A DNA stretch of 64,000 nucleotides from Veleropilina oligotropha (taxonomy: Eukaryota), in assembly GCA_048128005.1 (NCBI GenBank), contig JBEUKZ010000110.1, positions 1-64,000 on the forward strand, in the 5' to 3' direction. A program made the translations under genes and the position numbers. Shown piece after piece: positions 41,674-51,289 of this stretch; position 1 is the stretch's first letter, and each line of letters starts with the position of its first letter. The notes below the pieces were generated by a model. It was given only the letters and a program-made list of their open reading frames with translations. It was not told the DNA's origin and searched no databases.

Positions 41674-44634
41674 TCACTGTCGGGATGACCCAGATCCCGT
41701 GATACATTGTTGTCCTGCCGCCACAAAGGAAATCCGATGTTCACCCTCAGCCGTGGTCGCATAATCATGCAGGTAAAAGCGAACAAAGGTATTTGCGTTC
41801 CTCCAGTAACAAGCCTTTAAGATTTCATTGATATTCAAATTATATTTGAAGGCAAGCGAAGTGGCAACTGCACGTGTCTCGTGCGCGTGAATTGAAACGA
41901 GATCTCGTTCTGGCTCATTGGACCGGGAGTAAATCTCCTTAACAACAGAGACAATCCAACGTGAAACAGTCGATTTGCGAATGTCGCGGTGGAATTGAGG
42001 CATATGGCTAACGAATAAACGCTTTTTACCGTGCCGTAGGTCTCGGGTCTTATCCAGGTAGAATCTCAACGCGCGGACCGGGCAGTTGAGGCGGTCGATA
42101 TCATTTCTATCCAGCATGGAGAGGTTACGGATACAAACCTCGGGACTGATATCTTCAGGTCGTTGTGTCTTCGCTAGGAAGCCAAGGACAGTATGCAGCG
42201 TCACCGACCCATTGGTGTGGAAGTGTATGTCTCGAAGCTCTCCGGATAAAGCGTGTATCTCCGAGGCCCTGTTACCGGTGGCGAGTGCGGTAAGAAATAC
42301 GGTCTTATAAGTGAGATTTTTGAGGGAACAATCACTCATAGGCTCGTACGGGCCTCTAAGTAAAGCATTGAGAACTAACAAAACATTCCAAGCGGGCGGT
42401 CGCACCCGCTGAATGGGCCGTTCGAGTTGATAGGAGCGTATGAAGTCCGATATAGTTTTGTCGGTAGACAAGCGGGTGTGCTCGCGGCATTGCCGTAACG
42501 TTGTAGCTACGCATGAACGGTAGCCTTTGACTGCGGAAATTGACATTCCCCGTTCTAGCAACGACGATAAGAACTCGATAAATTTGGTCACAGGGGGGCG
42601 GAATATATTGACTTGCCACCCGCGACACCAATCCACAAACTTTTTCCATCGGTAGTCATATACCCTTGTTGTAGATTGTCTTCTAGATCGGTAAATGCGC
42701 TGGGCTGTCGCTCTAGAAAAGCCTTTCTTGATGAGCGATCTCTCGATAGTCGCCAGGCGTGAAAGTGAAACTCGTTCGCCGACGGGTGTAGAACCCGACT
42801 GCGCGGTTGCGATAACAGGTCTGTCATCTGCGGTAGCGCTCGCGGCTGATCGATGAGTAGATCCAGAAGTGTCGGAAACCAGGACTGCGTTCGTTGTAGA
42901 GGTGCTATTAGCGTCAACTCGCAGTCTTCGCGGGTCGCTTTCCGTAGTACTTGTGCCAACATGCACGACGGTGGGAAGGCGTAGGCGATCAGATTCTCCC
43001 ATCTCATTGACAGAGCGTCGACCGCAATAGCGGCCGGGTCCGGGTAAGGAGACACATAGAGAGGGAGTCGGTGATTGAATTCGGTTGCGAATAAATCGAC
43101 TTGAGGCGTCGACCACAGGCGACAGACATCTCGGGCTACACGGGCGTGTAGCGTCCACTCTGTGTGTATAATCTGTGTTTTCCGAGAAAGCGTATCCGCT
43201 CTGACATTCAGCTTCCCCGGGATGTGTCGGGCTCGAATTGACGAGTTGAGTGACATCACTAGGCGGTGTAGGTCGATCGCTCGGTCGCAAAGCGGACGGG
43301 AGCGAGTGCCGCCCTGGTGCTGGATGTAAGCGACGACAGTCGTGTTGTCCGTTGCTAGCATTATGTGCTTGTTTCGGAGATGTGACGAGAGGGACTGTAC
43401 TGACAGGTAGACGGCTTCTAACTCTAGGAAGTTGATGTGTCGTCCCTGAAGGTCCGTAGGCCAGAGGCCCGATGTCTCGTGACTGTCGAAGTGACCTCCC
43501 CAGCCCTCGTTTGACGCGTCCGTGAAGAGGTAGGCGTTCGGTTCTGGGGGGGATATTGGAACCGACTGGCTCGGCAGGGTAGTGTTCAACCACACTGCTG
43601 TCGTGCGATTGAACCAATGCCGTAGATCGATGCGATCCGTCCACTGTCCCGTACGTTGTATCCAGCGGTCCTTGAAGGCCTGCTGCAACGGTCGTTTGTC
43701 CATGCGACCCGTCGGTAACAGGGGAGCTACCGACTCGATGTGCCCTAGGACAGTGGCCAGTCGTCGCGCTGTAGTTATCCGTGAAGACTTTGATTCCAGT
43801 ATAACTGCGCGTAGGTTCTCTATACGTTTCTGAGTCGGTTTCGCGGTGTACCGGACCGTGTCGAATTCGACCCCTAGAAATATAAACGTCGTCGAGGGCA
43901 CGAAGCAGGATTTGTCGTTGTTGATCTGTAATCCCAGGCGCTTCGCCGATGACAGGGTAACGCTCATAGACTGGAGGCACCGATCCCGGGACGCCCCGAG
44001 AATCAACCAGTCGTCGAGGTACATATGTACTCTGTGCCCTTGCGAGTGTAGGAAGGCTCCGAGAGCCTGTACTACCCGCGTGAAGACGTACGGGGCTGAC
44101 GATAGACCGAACGGTAGACACCTGAATTGGTAGATCGTTCCCCCGTGAACAAACCGTAGGTACCGGTGAGCCGAGACATGCATCGGAACGTGTAGGTACG
44201 CATCGGTTAAGTCGATAGACGCTGCCCAGTCGCCCGGACGGATGGCCGTTCGTATCTTCGAGAGTGTTTCTTGCTTGAACTTCTCGGTACGAAGATACTG
44301 GTTGAGGAACGACAGATCGAGGATCGGTCGCCAACGGCCACCGGGTTTCGGGACCAGGAAAAAGTGGCTGTAATATCCTGGTGTGCTGGGCGGCGCGGGA
44401 TAGATCGCTCTCTTTGAGAGTAAATCCCGCACTGCCTGGTCTAGGACGGCTTGTTTTTCTCCTATCAGGAGACGAGCGCGTCCTGGTGGTGGTGTCGCGT
44501 CTAGGGTTGGATGCCGGTCGAATGCCAACTTGTATCCGGCACTCACGACTGAGTGAACCCAGTTGTCCTCTGTCATTTCTAGCCAGGACAGGCTGTACTC
44601 TGACAGACACGCTCCCACCGGCGGAAGCGTGCAA
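41674..44634 (-). CDS. DIRS copy A ORF3: tyrosine recombinase with long N-terminal extension overlapping ORF2
   Basis: Catalytic motifs TGNRASE (R), HETR (HxxR), ACYW, FVRFY (Y). Start uncertain. Confidence 0.93.
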   Translation of the reverse strand: MHASAGGSVSVRVQPVLARNDRGQLGSLSRECRIQVGIRPASNPRRDTTTRTRSSPDRRKTSRPRPGSAGFTLKESDLSRAAQHTRILQPLFPGPETRWPLATDPRSVVPQPVSSYREVQARNTLEDTNGHPSGRLGSVYRLNRCVPTRSDACLGSPVPTVCSRGNDLPIQVSTVRSIVSPVRLHAGSTGSRSLPTLARAQSTYVPRRLVDSRGVPGSVPPVYERYPVIGEAPGITDQQRQILLRALDDVYISRGRIRHGPVHRETDSETYREPTRSYTGIKVFTDNYSATTGHCPRAHRVGSSPVTDGSHGQTTVAAGLQGPLDTTYGTVDGSHRSTALVQSHDSSVVEHYPAEPVGSNIPPRTERLPLHGRVKRGLGRSLRQSRDIGPLAYGPSGTTHQLPRVRSRLPVSTVPLVTSPKQAHNASNGQHDCRRLHPAPGRHSLPSALRPSDRPTPPSDVTQLVNSSPTHPGEAECQSGYAFSENTDYTHRVDATRPCSPRCLSPVVDASSRFIRNRIQSPTPSLCVSLPGPGRYCGRRSVNEMGESDRLRLPTVVHVGTSTTESDPRRLRVDANSTSTTNAVLVSDTSGSTHRSAASATADDRPVIATAQSGSTPVGERVSLSRLATIERSLIKKGFSRATAQRIYRSRRQSTTRVYDYRWKKFVDWCRGWQVNIFRPPVTKFIEFLSSLLERGMSISAVKGYRSCVATTLRQCREHTRLSTDKTISDFIRSYQLERPIQRVRPPAWNVLLVLNALLRGPYEPMSDCSLKNLTYKTVFLTALATGNRASEIHALSGELRDIHFHTNGSVTLHTVLGFLAKTQRPEDISPEVCIRNLSMLDRNDIDRLNCPVRALRFYLDKTRDLRHGKKRLFVSHMPQFHRDIRKSTVSRWIVSVVKEIYSRSNEPERDLVSIHAHETRAVATSLAFKYNLNINEILKACYWRNANTFVRFYLHDYATTAEGEHRISFVAAGQQCITGSGSSRQ

Positions 44635-44948
44635 CTGAGCTCGTCGCGAGCGCCGGCAACCCTAGGGCCGCGGCTTCCCTCTCCCGCTCGGACGGGATTT
44701 CGTCGGAGGTGCTTTCTTCGCAACAGGTTTGTTGGCCTGAGAAGGCCGACCCGGCGAAGGTTTAGCACGCTTGGAAGGCATATGAGACCGGGATGGTCTC
44801 GAGCGCTTCCTAGAGGTAGCAGTCGGCGGGCTCCGAGGAGTAGCCAAGACTGCCTTCTCGATTGCGCGATCCTTGAGGTCAGCCGCTCGCTTCTCGACAA
44901 ATTCGGGGAATTTGTCTCCGAAGAGAGTAGAGGCCGACAACGGTACAC
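42588..44948 (-). CDS. DIRS copy A ORF2: reverse transcriptase, RNase H, methyltransferase-like domain
   Basis: WRPILDL, DLTDAYLH, LPFGLSSAP, YLDD; RNase H FTDAS, HINFLELEAV, TDN, ADTLSR; then DLFAT...YAFPP. Start uncertain (no ATG before EMTED). Confidence 0.95.
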   Translation of the reverse strand: MYRCRPLLSSETNSPNLSRSERLTSRIAQSRRQSWLLLGARRLLPLGSARDHPGLICLPSVLNLRRVGLLRPTNLLRRKHLRRNPVRAGEGSRGPRVAGARDELSCTLPPVGACLSEYSLSWLEMTEDNWVHSVVSAGYKLAFDRHPTLDATPPPGRARLLIGEKQAVLDQAVRDLLSKRAIYPAPPSTPGYYSHFFLVPKPGGRWRPILDLSFLNQYLRTEKFKQETLSKIRTAIRPGDWAASIDLTDAYLHVPMHVSAHRYLRFVHGGTIYQFRCLPFGLSSAPYVFTRVVQALGAFLHSQGHRVHMYLDDWLILGASRDRCLQSMSVTLSSAKRLGLQINNDKSCFVPSTTFIFLGVEFDTVRYTAKPTQKRIENLRAVILESKSSRITTARRLATVLGHIESVAPLLPTGRMDKRPLQQAFKDRWIQRTGQWTDRIDLRHWFNRTTAVWLNTTLPSQSVPISPPEPNAYLFTDASNEGWGGHFDSHETSGLWPTDLQGRHINFLELEAVYLSVQSLSSHLRNKHIMLATDNTTVVAYIQHQGGTRSRPLCDRAIDLHRLVMSLNSSIRARHIPGKLNVRADTLSRKTQIIHTEWTLHARVARDVCRLWSTPQVDLFATEFNHRLPLYVSPYPDPAAIAVDALSMRWENLIAYAFPPSCMLAQVLRKATREDCELTLIAPLQRTQSWFPTLLDLLIDQPRALPQMTDLLSQPRSRVLHPSANEFHFHAWRLSRDRSSRKAFLERQPSAFTDLEDNLQQGYMTTDGKSLWIGVAGGKSIYSAPL

Positions 44949-46881
44949 AACGTAGAGACTGACGGGTGGCGTCGTCTAGCGTGGTGCCGTCTAGGCAAGC
45001 GTCTCTACGAAGTAGGACAGCATTGCCTAAGGATCGGGCTGACTCCGACACGGAGTTCTCCGTGGAGGCGGCAACCTCTTCGAGAAAGGACAGTGCGATC
45101 TCACAAGCGCGGGGTCCGTTCTCTTGTAGTACGGTAATGGCTCCGTCTAGGAAAAAATCCTGGATAGAGGCATGCCGTAGAGCCCGACGAGCGGAGCTCT
45201 CAAAGCCCTCCATGGCGACCCATGGGACTTTGACCACTGAGGGAGCTGTGCTGGCCGACAGTCGACGCATCGCTGCATCGATCTGAACCGGCTCAGTCTC
45301 CAGACACGCCCCAGAGCATCGGATCGAAATCGGACGCTTACTGCATCGGAGGTACTTCCCTTTACGGAGACCACTAGGGTACTCTGTTAATGAGGAAGTC
45401 TCCACCGATTTGGTTCCCTGAATGGATTTGGTCGCCGAGTCGAGGACGAGCGAGACCAACCCAGACTGGGGTAGGGTAGGAAGCAGGGGGGCTTCCGGCC
45501 CATCAAATCGACGTGCCGCTGTCCTGTGCTTGACGAAGCCTACCGGCAGAGCCGGGTCTGGCAAGTCTAGCACCCCGCGAAGCGACGCGACAGCGTCGTA
45601 TCTTCTGCGGGTGGCGGAGATGGTCTCATGCGTGCCCGACTGACTACAAGAGTCGTCTGGTCCGACCGATTCAGGGAGGTCAGAGTGAGTAGAAGCACTG
45701 TCCTCGTCGGAACGAGGATCGACTTCCATCACCGAAGCATGAGCCGAGCCCGGCGTTACGGTCAGAGACGTTGGGACCTGGGGCGGCTGGGTAGCCGGTT
45801 GCCAGGACCTACAACGTGCCTCGACTTCCATCGCAATCATAGCCTGGACGCTCTCAAGAGAGAAACCCGGAGGCATGACGGACGTCGGACCAACAGCCAT
45901 TGGTCCGCTCGAGGATACCGTAGCGCATGGTTGACGGGCTGCACGGACAGGTTGAGCCGAGTACCAGGGACTCGGGTTACCTGTCGGGAAACCGCTACCA
46001 GGGAAACGGCCCGGAGGCGCGTTAAACGGTGCGAACGACCCGTAAGACTGCGACCACAGTCCATACGGGTCTGTAACCCTGCTCGGGTGAGGTACGGGGG
46101 TATACCCGCCGTAGGCCTCAGCCCCGAACGCAGCCGGTCCTACCACACCACCCGGGACGTCTTGAAAAGAATCGTCAGAGGAGGTTGGCCTTCCATCACT
46201 CTCGTGGGCTCCGACGGTGGCGAGATTAGCCTTTAAGCTAGCGCCATTGTCGGACGAGAGGACGGGTTGCGTCGAGCGTCTGGAACTTCGACCACTTTCG
46301 TGGTGCCCAGCAACTGTATCGACTTTCTCTGCTAGTCTCCTTCGCCTCGTTTCAGAGGTTACTTGACTCACAGAAGGACTAACGCTGCCTTGCTCCTCCG
46401 AGGCCGGAGGAGAGGAAAGGTTTTGTCTGCCCTGTACAGCTTTTCGCCGCGGCGCTCGATGTATCTCACTGGCCGGCAAGATACTTTGAGCAGCGGTTAC
46501 TAGGCCCAAAGGAGAGGTATCGGACGGCACTCGGGCCCTTACCTGAATCTGAGATCCCGACGATTCCGGGACTTTCCCCAAAGTCTCGGAGGTGTCGTCG
46601 AGCCCACCACGGCTATCGTCGAGAGGGTCTGAAAGAGAAAGTGAAGGGTTATAACCTGTCTCTAGCCTCTGGAGCTTCTCGGTGGATGCCCCCTCGGAAG
46701 AAGATACCCTGGTTGTCTTCTCCGGAGGGAAAAGAGTCCCCCACTGCCGACTCGTCAGTGTTGCGCAATGCCCACATGGATGGTCCTTATCACTAGAACA
46801 CACACGGTGAAAAATGCATTCGGAGTGCTTGTCAAAACCACGGATTTTCTGTCTGCACTCGGAAACACTGCAATGCTTCAT
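44662..46881 (-). CDS. DIRS copy A ORF1, Gag-like
   Basis: First ATG at 46881. N-terminal Cys/His cluster, low-complexity middle, C-terminal LLRRD...LFG segment typical of DIRS1 Gag. Confidence 0.85.
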   Translation of the reverse strand: MKHCSVSECRQKIRGFDKHSECIFHRVCSSDKDHPCGHCATLTSRQWGTLFPPEKTTRVSSSEGASTEKLQRLETGYNPSLSLSDPLDDSRGGLDDTSETLGKVPESSGSQIQVRARVPSDTSPLGLVTAAQSILPASEIHRAPRRKAVQGRQNLSSPPASEEQGSVSPSVSQVTSETRRRRLAEKVDTVAGHHESGRSSRRSTQPVLSSDNGASLKANLATVGAHESDGRPTSSDDSFQDVPGGVVGPAAFGAEAYGGYTPVPHPSRVTDPYGLWSQSYGSFAPFNAPPGRFPGSGFPTGNPSPWYSAQPVRAARQPCATVSSSGPMAVGPTSVMPPGFSLESVQAMIAMEVEARCRSWQPATQPPQVPTSLTVTPGSAHASVMEVDPRSDEDSASTHSDLPESVGPDDSCSQSGTHETISATRRRYDAVASLRGVLDLPDPALPVGFVKHRTAARRFDGPEAPLLPTLPQSGLVSLVLDSATKSIQGTKSVETSSLTEYPSGLRKGKYLRCSKRPISIRCSGACLETEPVQIDAAMRRLSASTAPSVVKVPWVAMEGFESSARRALRHASIQDFFLDGAITVLQENGPRACEIALSFLEEVAASTENSVSESARSLGNAVLLRRDACLDGTTLDDATRQSLRCVPLSASTLFGDKFPEFVEKRAADLKDRAIEKAVLATPRSPPTATSRKRSRPSRSHMPSKRAKPSPGRPSQANKPVAKKAPPTKSRPSGRGKPRP

Positions 46882-48694
46882 AGCTACACACACGGGTAGG
46901 TAGGAGATAGGGGTTTTGAAGTGATAAGGGTATTTCCCGGGTAGTTTACCAAATGACTACTACAACCTCGATTGTACCTGATCCGAGAGTTGGAAAAGGC
47001 TGAAATACGCTTAGAACTTCCGGCGGATTATACGCCCAAAAACACCGACTTTATATTTTTACTTTTAAAAAACCAGTCGGTCAACGAATTGAGAAACGGG
47101 GGGTCTTTCTATTTAAGAAACCGCCCTTTTACACCTAAAACCTCTTGGATGTATATATATCAATTTGTTAGAATTCGGCGTGCTATCCCCGATTTAGCAG
47201 ATTTACCAAAATAACGCTAGTTAAATTCTAAATAATCTGCTGTTCAACGACGATAAATTTGATTACATAAATTTATAGCAAGAAAAAAGTCGTTGAGGAA
47301 TTATCGTATATATAAATGAAATGCAATGCAAATTCAAGCAATATCAATAATCAAACTCTCCCTGACTCCGTAGTAATTGCTAGGGAGCTTCCTTCTTTAA
47401 ATATCCCTCTGAGCGTCCTCTTTTCTTTCTGTTTCAGAAGTCCAAGATGGCGTCGTCAATGGAGGATGTCGATTTCGTTTTCTGTCCTTTGTAGACAGGA
47501 AAAACTTCTAAGAAGGCGTCTTATTCAGGAGGAGACTCTCAGTCTTTCCACTAAACGTGTTCACAACACTATACTAGATCTTATGAGCTTATAGATTGTT
47601 AAAATCGGGCTCGAAAAAGATCGAAAAATCACAAAGATTGTGGAGCAAAGCAAAACGCGACTTGTACAATCGAGCGGAAAACTTTGGATGAGGTCTTGAC
47701 CCTTGGGTCACGAGGATCTCGCGGGAGTTGGCGAGCTCTTAATAGACATGAACTGGAGGAGGTCGAGCAGGTCACTGGGTCAGCTGGGTTCAATTTACTA
47801 AAAAGTGCGAAATTACCATTTCCACCTTGTCCGGATTTAGCGATAATAGGCTTATTATGGCATTAGTAAGGACGTAAGTATATTTGATATAGATATGAAT
47901 TTCACGTGCGAGGTCAGTCTAAACGAGCCAGGTTTCCCCACAAAATGTGAGCAGTCTAATATCAATACAATAGCCTTACACGCCAAAAATGAAACAATTA
48001 ACACATCAGTATTAAAATTAGCAATAAAATATTTTATTATAGCTGTTAATAATATATATTAACACTGAAGTAGTGTTATTTGAGCGCATCAATATTATTC
48101 AAATACTTTGTCAAATATTAAACAATAGTTTAAGTAAGATAAAAGCCTCAGACGATCCATTATTAAAAACATCGAACCGGCCTTGGCGCTATCGCGCCTC
48201 GGCCAGTCCGATATATTTAATAATGGATCGTCGTTCGGCTTATATTCATTACATAGATCTGAGTCAAGTAATGCTATCTTTTTAACTCGTGATTACATTT
48301 CTATAGGTTGTCGTATTTTCAATTTATTAAAATATATAGGTCATGGTCATTTGAGGAAATGCAAATCTATAGGTGGTGGGGTTGAAATAAAAGTGCCTTC
48401 AAACCACCTCATACCACTTTTTCTGGAGAGGCCCTTAAAGATTTTCCCATTCATATCTAATGCCGGAGTAAATTACTCCGCAAATTACCACACCAAAAAC
48501 GGTCCACTCCCGAAATGATATAAATATCATAGAAACCTCCGGAAATGAATTCTTCTGTAAAATTATTTCTGTAATATTATTTCTTACTAGCCGTAATCTA
48601 ATGTAATATACTGTAATCTCTCTCGCTCACTCAGAAATATACAATTATTGATAGGAATACGAAACTTTTGTAATTTATCAAGTAGCCATATTTA

Positions 48695-50616
48695 GGCCAA
48701 CAAAAAAAATGAATAGTTTCTCGGGCACCGGCGCGTCAGTCAAAAGTCGGTCGCGCATTTGCTTTTTATTGAATATGAAAAAATAAAAATTTCGTCATGA
48801 TAATATTTTAATATATCTTTGTACGATTGGATGTAAAACTCATGTTGACTGTATACTTTGCATTGCATAATGTAATATTGTTTATAATACGAATAAAAAT
48901 TCTATGTTTTATATGATTTGTTATTTCCATTGTTATCGTTTAAAAATTACTGCTATACATTACACTATAAATAGCGACTTCACTTGCCCTTTCCTGTCGC
49001 GATAAAGCCAGAATGTCTCGGACCGGTATATCCCTACAGTCGGATTTCGCATATAAAAAGGTTTATCTGTGCAAATTTCTCATAGGCCCAAGGGGTTAAT
49101 CAATTTTACACATTACAAATGCAAGTTTTTGTCAAATACTAGTTTTACTGATATTTTAATCGAAAACGATTATTCTTATAATGAAATCATTGTTGAGTTA
49201 TCTCCCTTGAAACAAACGACGGAATAAATTGTCTCCCTTGTAAACTTCGGCTGTTTCCGTACATGCTTTCATTTGACACAAATCCTTTTGTTCGAGACAC
49301 TGACAGACAAGCGGAGTATTGTGCAGACGACAAGATGTTGGTGTCTGTAACAGTAACGAACGGGAGCGTGCGCTTGAAACCTTGGTGTATTGTATTGGCC
49401 CAACAAAACAGCGTATAATGTAAATTTATGATGCCAGCAGGGCGCGAAATAAGGGCCTGCCAAAGGCCATCCAATTTGTTCAGATTTTACGAAATGTCCG
49501 GGTAAACATAATTTTAGCCTGACAGTAATGGCCGGACAACAAATATTACTTTGGCAATCAATATTATTGACCAAAGTTAGCAATGCATTGGAGAACAGCA
49601 AAAAACTTGCCTTTTATTCACTTAACCTCAACATAATGTGTCTTGAAGTCGCATCTGTGCCAAAACATTCCCTCGTGTTCATTCACTGATTTACTTCCTG
49701 TTTTGCGATTGCATTCGTTTTCATGGGTGTGGTTAAAACTGAGTTTCTGCAAATGCTCTAAATACTGTATATGAATAAACGTTAACTGAAAAACTGAGTT
49801 TAAATAAGCAAGCTTTTATGAAAAAAACAGAAATAGGCTCCAAAGTGGAATGACTTTGCTGAATTAAAGTAAAAGTATTTCTAATGTTACTGAAAAGGAA
49901 GTTTCATTTTTGCTTGTATCAATATGACAGCAAAGCCATTAATAATAAATAATAAGTTACATAGCCTGATAATTAAGAAATAGCTTTTATTTCATAGATA
50001 TTAATAATCATGGAAAACTTTCATTATTAAATGATGGAATAATGCATGAAATTGAGTCGATATATATTTCAAACTTTGTGACTTTATTATTTCATTATCA
50101 GTATCAAACCTTTTGGATAGCACATATCTCAGGTCTTAAATAATAATATATCCGCCTTTTTCGAATAATTAGGGCTCTGATGATGAAAAACATTTTGGCA
50201 GCCTGTATGTGACAATGGCAGGCTAAATATAATTTTGGCCTGACATAAATGGCAGGCTAACCCCGAAAAATTAAATCACGCCCTGTGCCAGAGTAACTGT
50301 ATATCATCTAAACTTGTCATTCTATCATTTATATACATGTTTTAAGTTTATATTGAATGCATAAAATTATTATCAGAATATATCCAAAACTTTACTGTGC
50401 TTTAATTGTACTGAGACGAATAAAGTGTTTTATGAAGAAATTTATTTTTTTGATTCATTTCTTTGAACAATTTCATGGTATTTTAACAAAATTATGTACA
50501 TTTTATCATATTATGATACAATAAAAAAAAAATAAGAAATAAAAAAAAAATTCGCTCGCGCGCGCACTTTTATGAGGAAAAATGCCTGAGAAACTATTAA
50601 TTTTTTTTTGTTGGCC
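48695..50616. mobile_element. TTA-flanked TIR element (Harbinger-like), related ends at about 63586-63933
   Basis: GGCCAACAAAAAAAA...AATAGTTTCTC(G/A)GGCA TIRs, TTA on both sides. Confidence 0.65.
49438..50285. mobile_element. Nested short-TIR element with 6-bp TSD
   Basis: CAGGGCG(C/T)GA ends; TGCCAG at 49432-49437 and 50286-50291. Confidence 0.6.
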
Positions 50617-50646
50617 TTATGAATAACATATCATTGGTCAACCTAC

Positions 50647-50722
50647 TGTAAACTTTAGACTGGGAGACAGATGCTGCTGTTTCTCATGAACAGCTAGGAG
50701 AACACTCTCCAGCTCAGTGACC
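50647..50722 (-). CDS. DDHD1: DDHD1-like exon
   Basis: (R)VTELESVLLAVHEKQQHLSPSLKFT; ends in the LKF motif that precedes the DDHD domain. Confidence 0.82.
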
Positions 50723-51221
50723 CTGATATGAAGAAAACATCATGAACTCATCATTACACCAGGCACAGAAACAACAACGGACATCAAATGAACATTCATG
50801 TGACTTCCAATTGATTGGATGTAAATGTTTTGAAACTATTAAATGGCTTTAGCACTTGAAAAAAAGAACATTTCGGATTAATTCCTTGCCCTAAACATAA
50901 TCTTAAATTTTAGTATGCATAAAACTAAACTGAATTTCATGGATGTTCCATTTTAAAAGTTATATAATAATATAATACTCATATATTGGAGAATAGGATC
51001 ATGATTAAAATCCTATTTTTGACAACGCTCAATTTCATACCAAGACATGCTCATATTATCACGAAGAAACAAGAGCATATATATAAAACACAAGGTTCTT
51101 ATTTGAAGCTTAACGTTAAAAAAAGGCATGTGTCTGGTGAGAAACGCCTATTAATTATAGTGAAATTTCCTCATACATTTGAACTGAAATAGTCTGACAG
51201 ATTAAGTGGCAAACTTATCAC

Positions 51222-51289
51222 CTCTGTTTGGCCTTCACCAGTTCGCTCAAAATTTCAGCAGACCCAACAGCTTGAACTGATTCGTCATC
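51222..51289 (-). CDS. DDHD1: DDHD1-like exon
   Basis: DDESVQAVGSAEILSELVKAKQ(R); phase 0 in and phase 2 out fit the neighbouring exons. Confidence 0.75.

Larger units (their letters stand above)
40494..47896 (-). mobile_element. Full-length DIRS1-type tyrosine-recombinase retrotransposon, copy A
   Basis: 206-bp inverted terminal repeats (40528-40733 and 47679-47884) with unequal outer extensions. Internal complementary region (ICR) 40798-40887 matches both termini. Intact gag, RT-RNaseH-MT and YR ORFs. Confidence 0.97.

Noticed and set aside
44606..44657. Complete H-type pseudoknot after the gag UAG
   Set aside because: Forming both stems fully leaves a 1-nt loop to span a 7-bp stem, which is sterically unlikely; treated as alternative or partial stems.
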